Origin: Veleropilina oligotropha
Lineage: Eukaryota
Assembly (NCBI GenBank): GCA_048128005.1
Contig: JBEUKZ010000115.1
Location: 434,001-498,000 of the forward strand
Reading direction: 5' to 3'
Length of the DNA stretch: 64,000 nt
Positions 62,285-64,000 of this stretch are shown piece by piece. The first letter of the stretch is position 1. Every line of letters starts with the position of its first letter. The notes under the pieces are model-generated. The model had not been told where the DNA came from. It saw only the letters and a list, made by a program, of their open reading frames with translations, and did no database searches. The position numbers were made by a program, and so were the translations under genes.

Positions 62285-63792
62285 GATCGTTGCAAAATTG
62301 AAAACTTGACACTTTTTACATTTGATGCATTTTTTTTCTAAATCTGCTAGTGTACATAAATTCGTAAATTATTCTAAGAAAATAAGCCATCTAACACATT
62401 GACGAAGAAAAAGTGTTTTTTAATCAGTGATTTTTCAGACACAGTTGTTTGAATTGACACACCCTCAAAATTGAAGTTAACACAAACATGAATTAAAGAT
62501 TTGAAGAACGTCAATAGCGATTATGACCACCACGAGCGTCCATTACTGCTACACATCGTCTCCTCATGGACTGCAGAACACTCTAACCGGAAGTTGGTGC
62601 CATTGGTGGATCAGATCCCTACCAAGTTCCGGAAGTGTCTGTGGCTGTACCCGCTGCCGTCTCAACCTTCTGCCAAGCTCATCCCAGACGTGTTCAATAG
62701 GGTTGAGATCTGGAGAAAGTGATGGCCATTCCATGACGTCAACATTTGCAGCTTGAAGCAGGTTAAATGTCAGTCTTGCAGTGTGAGGCGTAGCATTGTC
62801 ATGTTGAAATGTGAGGCCAGGCCCATGTTGTCTGTAGAAGGACAACAAAACTGGATTGAGGACCTGATCCATGTACAGTGCTGCCGTCAGATTTCCTTGG
62901 ATGACAATCAAGGGTGTTCTGGCGTTAGCTGTGAATGCTCCACAAACCATGACACTGCCACCTGCAAACCTGTCAATATCCATGACACAAGCTGAGGCAT
63001 ACCGCTCCCTTCTCCTACGCCACACCCTAACACGTCCATCAGCAAATCTGAGTGTGAAACGAGACTCGTCACTAAAGATGACTCTGTTCCACTGTCTCTG
63101 GGTGTATCTGAGGTGTTCTCGATCCCATGCAACCCGCTGACGTCGATGGAGTGGAGTTAATATCGATCATGTATACGGTCTTCGCGCTCGAAGGCCAGCA
63201 GCTCTAAGACGGTTTCTGATGGTCTGGGGTGTCACACGACGTTGAAAGAATTCATTACTGGTTGAAGTTGCCGTCACGAAACGATTCCGACGATGACGTA
63301 ACCGGATTTGTTGGTCTTCATTTGGAGTCGTAACACGTCGGGCACCTGGACATGGGCGGTCTGCTGTGGTTCCAGTTCCTTGGAGACGTGTTCTCAGATT
63401 CTGGATCGTCTGTCGACTGCATCGAAATATTCGCGCAACTTCCGACACAGACTGTCCAGCCCCTAACCTGCCGATGGCGCGCTCCCTGTCCTGACATGAA
63501 AGACGCGGCTTTGATTAATTTCGCAGTTCAACAAAGTTTCTTTATGTTTTTCTGAAGAAACACTATCGAAGCGACGCAATGACTGTCTATTTAGGAAGAA
63601 ATGATGTACAGTAGCAATTTCAGAGTGGAAATTGACATTTTTTGAAAATTTCGTCCTGCACGTGCATTTCAAGATTCACGATTTTCAAACGGTTGTGTCA
63701 TGGTCAGCAATGTTATGTTATTGATTTTCACATATTTTAAATTTTTCCGATTTTATTTAAAAAAAACGTCAAGTTTTCATTTTGGCTAAGTA
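62285..63792 (-). mobile_element. Decayed Tc1/mariner transposon
   Basis: HTH N-terminus (63167-63448), GGSVMV, FQHDNATPH, WPSLSPDLNPIEHVWDEL; degenerate TIR GAAAACTTGAC near 62300 and 63768-63778. Confidence 0.88.
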
Positions 63793-63941
63793 TATATGTA
63801 TACATAAAACGTTGACTAGCCAGCAACAAATATCTTCCCCATACCTCGATTTTGTAGTAAAATCAAATCACACATAGTCGTATTTCAGAGCAGATTTTTT
63901 CATGTCTCGACACATTGACGCATGCGTATCATGTATATATC

Positions 63942-63977
<36 letters not shown>

Positions 63978-64000
63978 TGCATGACATTGTATGTATGTAT

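Overview
AT-rich, intron-containing animal genomic DNA, probably from a marine invertebrate (species not determinable from sequence alone); nothing prokaryotic and no CRISPR array. Host genes: a complete 4-exon CYB5D1 (+, 20672-25201), head-to-head and about 300 bp from the first two coding exons of NAA38 (-, 20374 and 6201-6099; the rest lies left of the window); an ankyrin-repeat/SOCS-box gene (-, 38349-36906); and a candidate small secreted Cys-peptide ORF (3910-4176). Most of the rest is transposable elements: a full-length but crippled DIRS1-type retrotransposon (ITRs, ICR, gag, RT/RNaseH/MT, tyrosine recombinase), an intron-containing Crypton-type tyrosine-recombinase DNA transposon with non-autonomous relatives, a 4-kb palindromic Academ derivative, two Penelope-like elements with hammerhead motifs, decayed CR1/L2-group LINEs, Tc1 and IS3EU-like remnants, Helentron-like elements, MITEs, tRNA-derived SINEs, and a 2.5-kb 49-bp minisatellite inside a SINE. 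The best lead for something under-described is the end architecture of the Crypton-type elements: a one-sided hairpin whose inner arm plus 11-12 bp is an inverted copy of the predicted circle junction, like the DIRS ICR. All calls were made by eye; family names need database confirmation.
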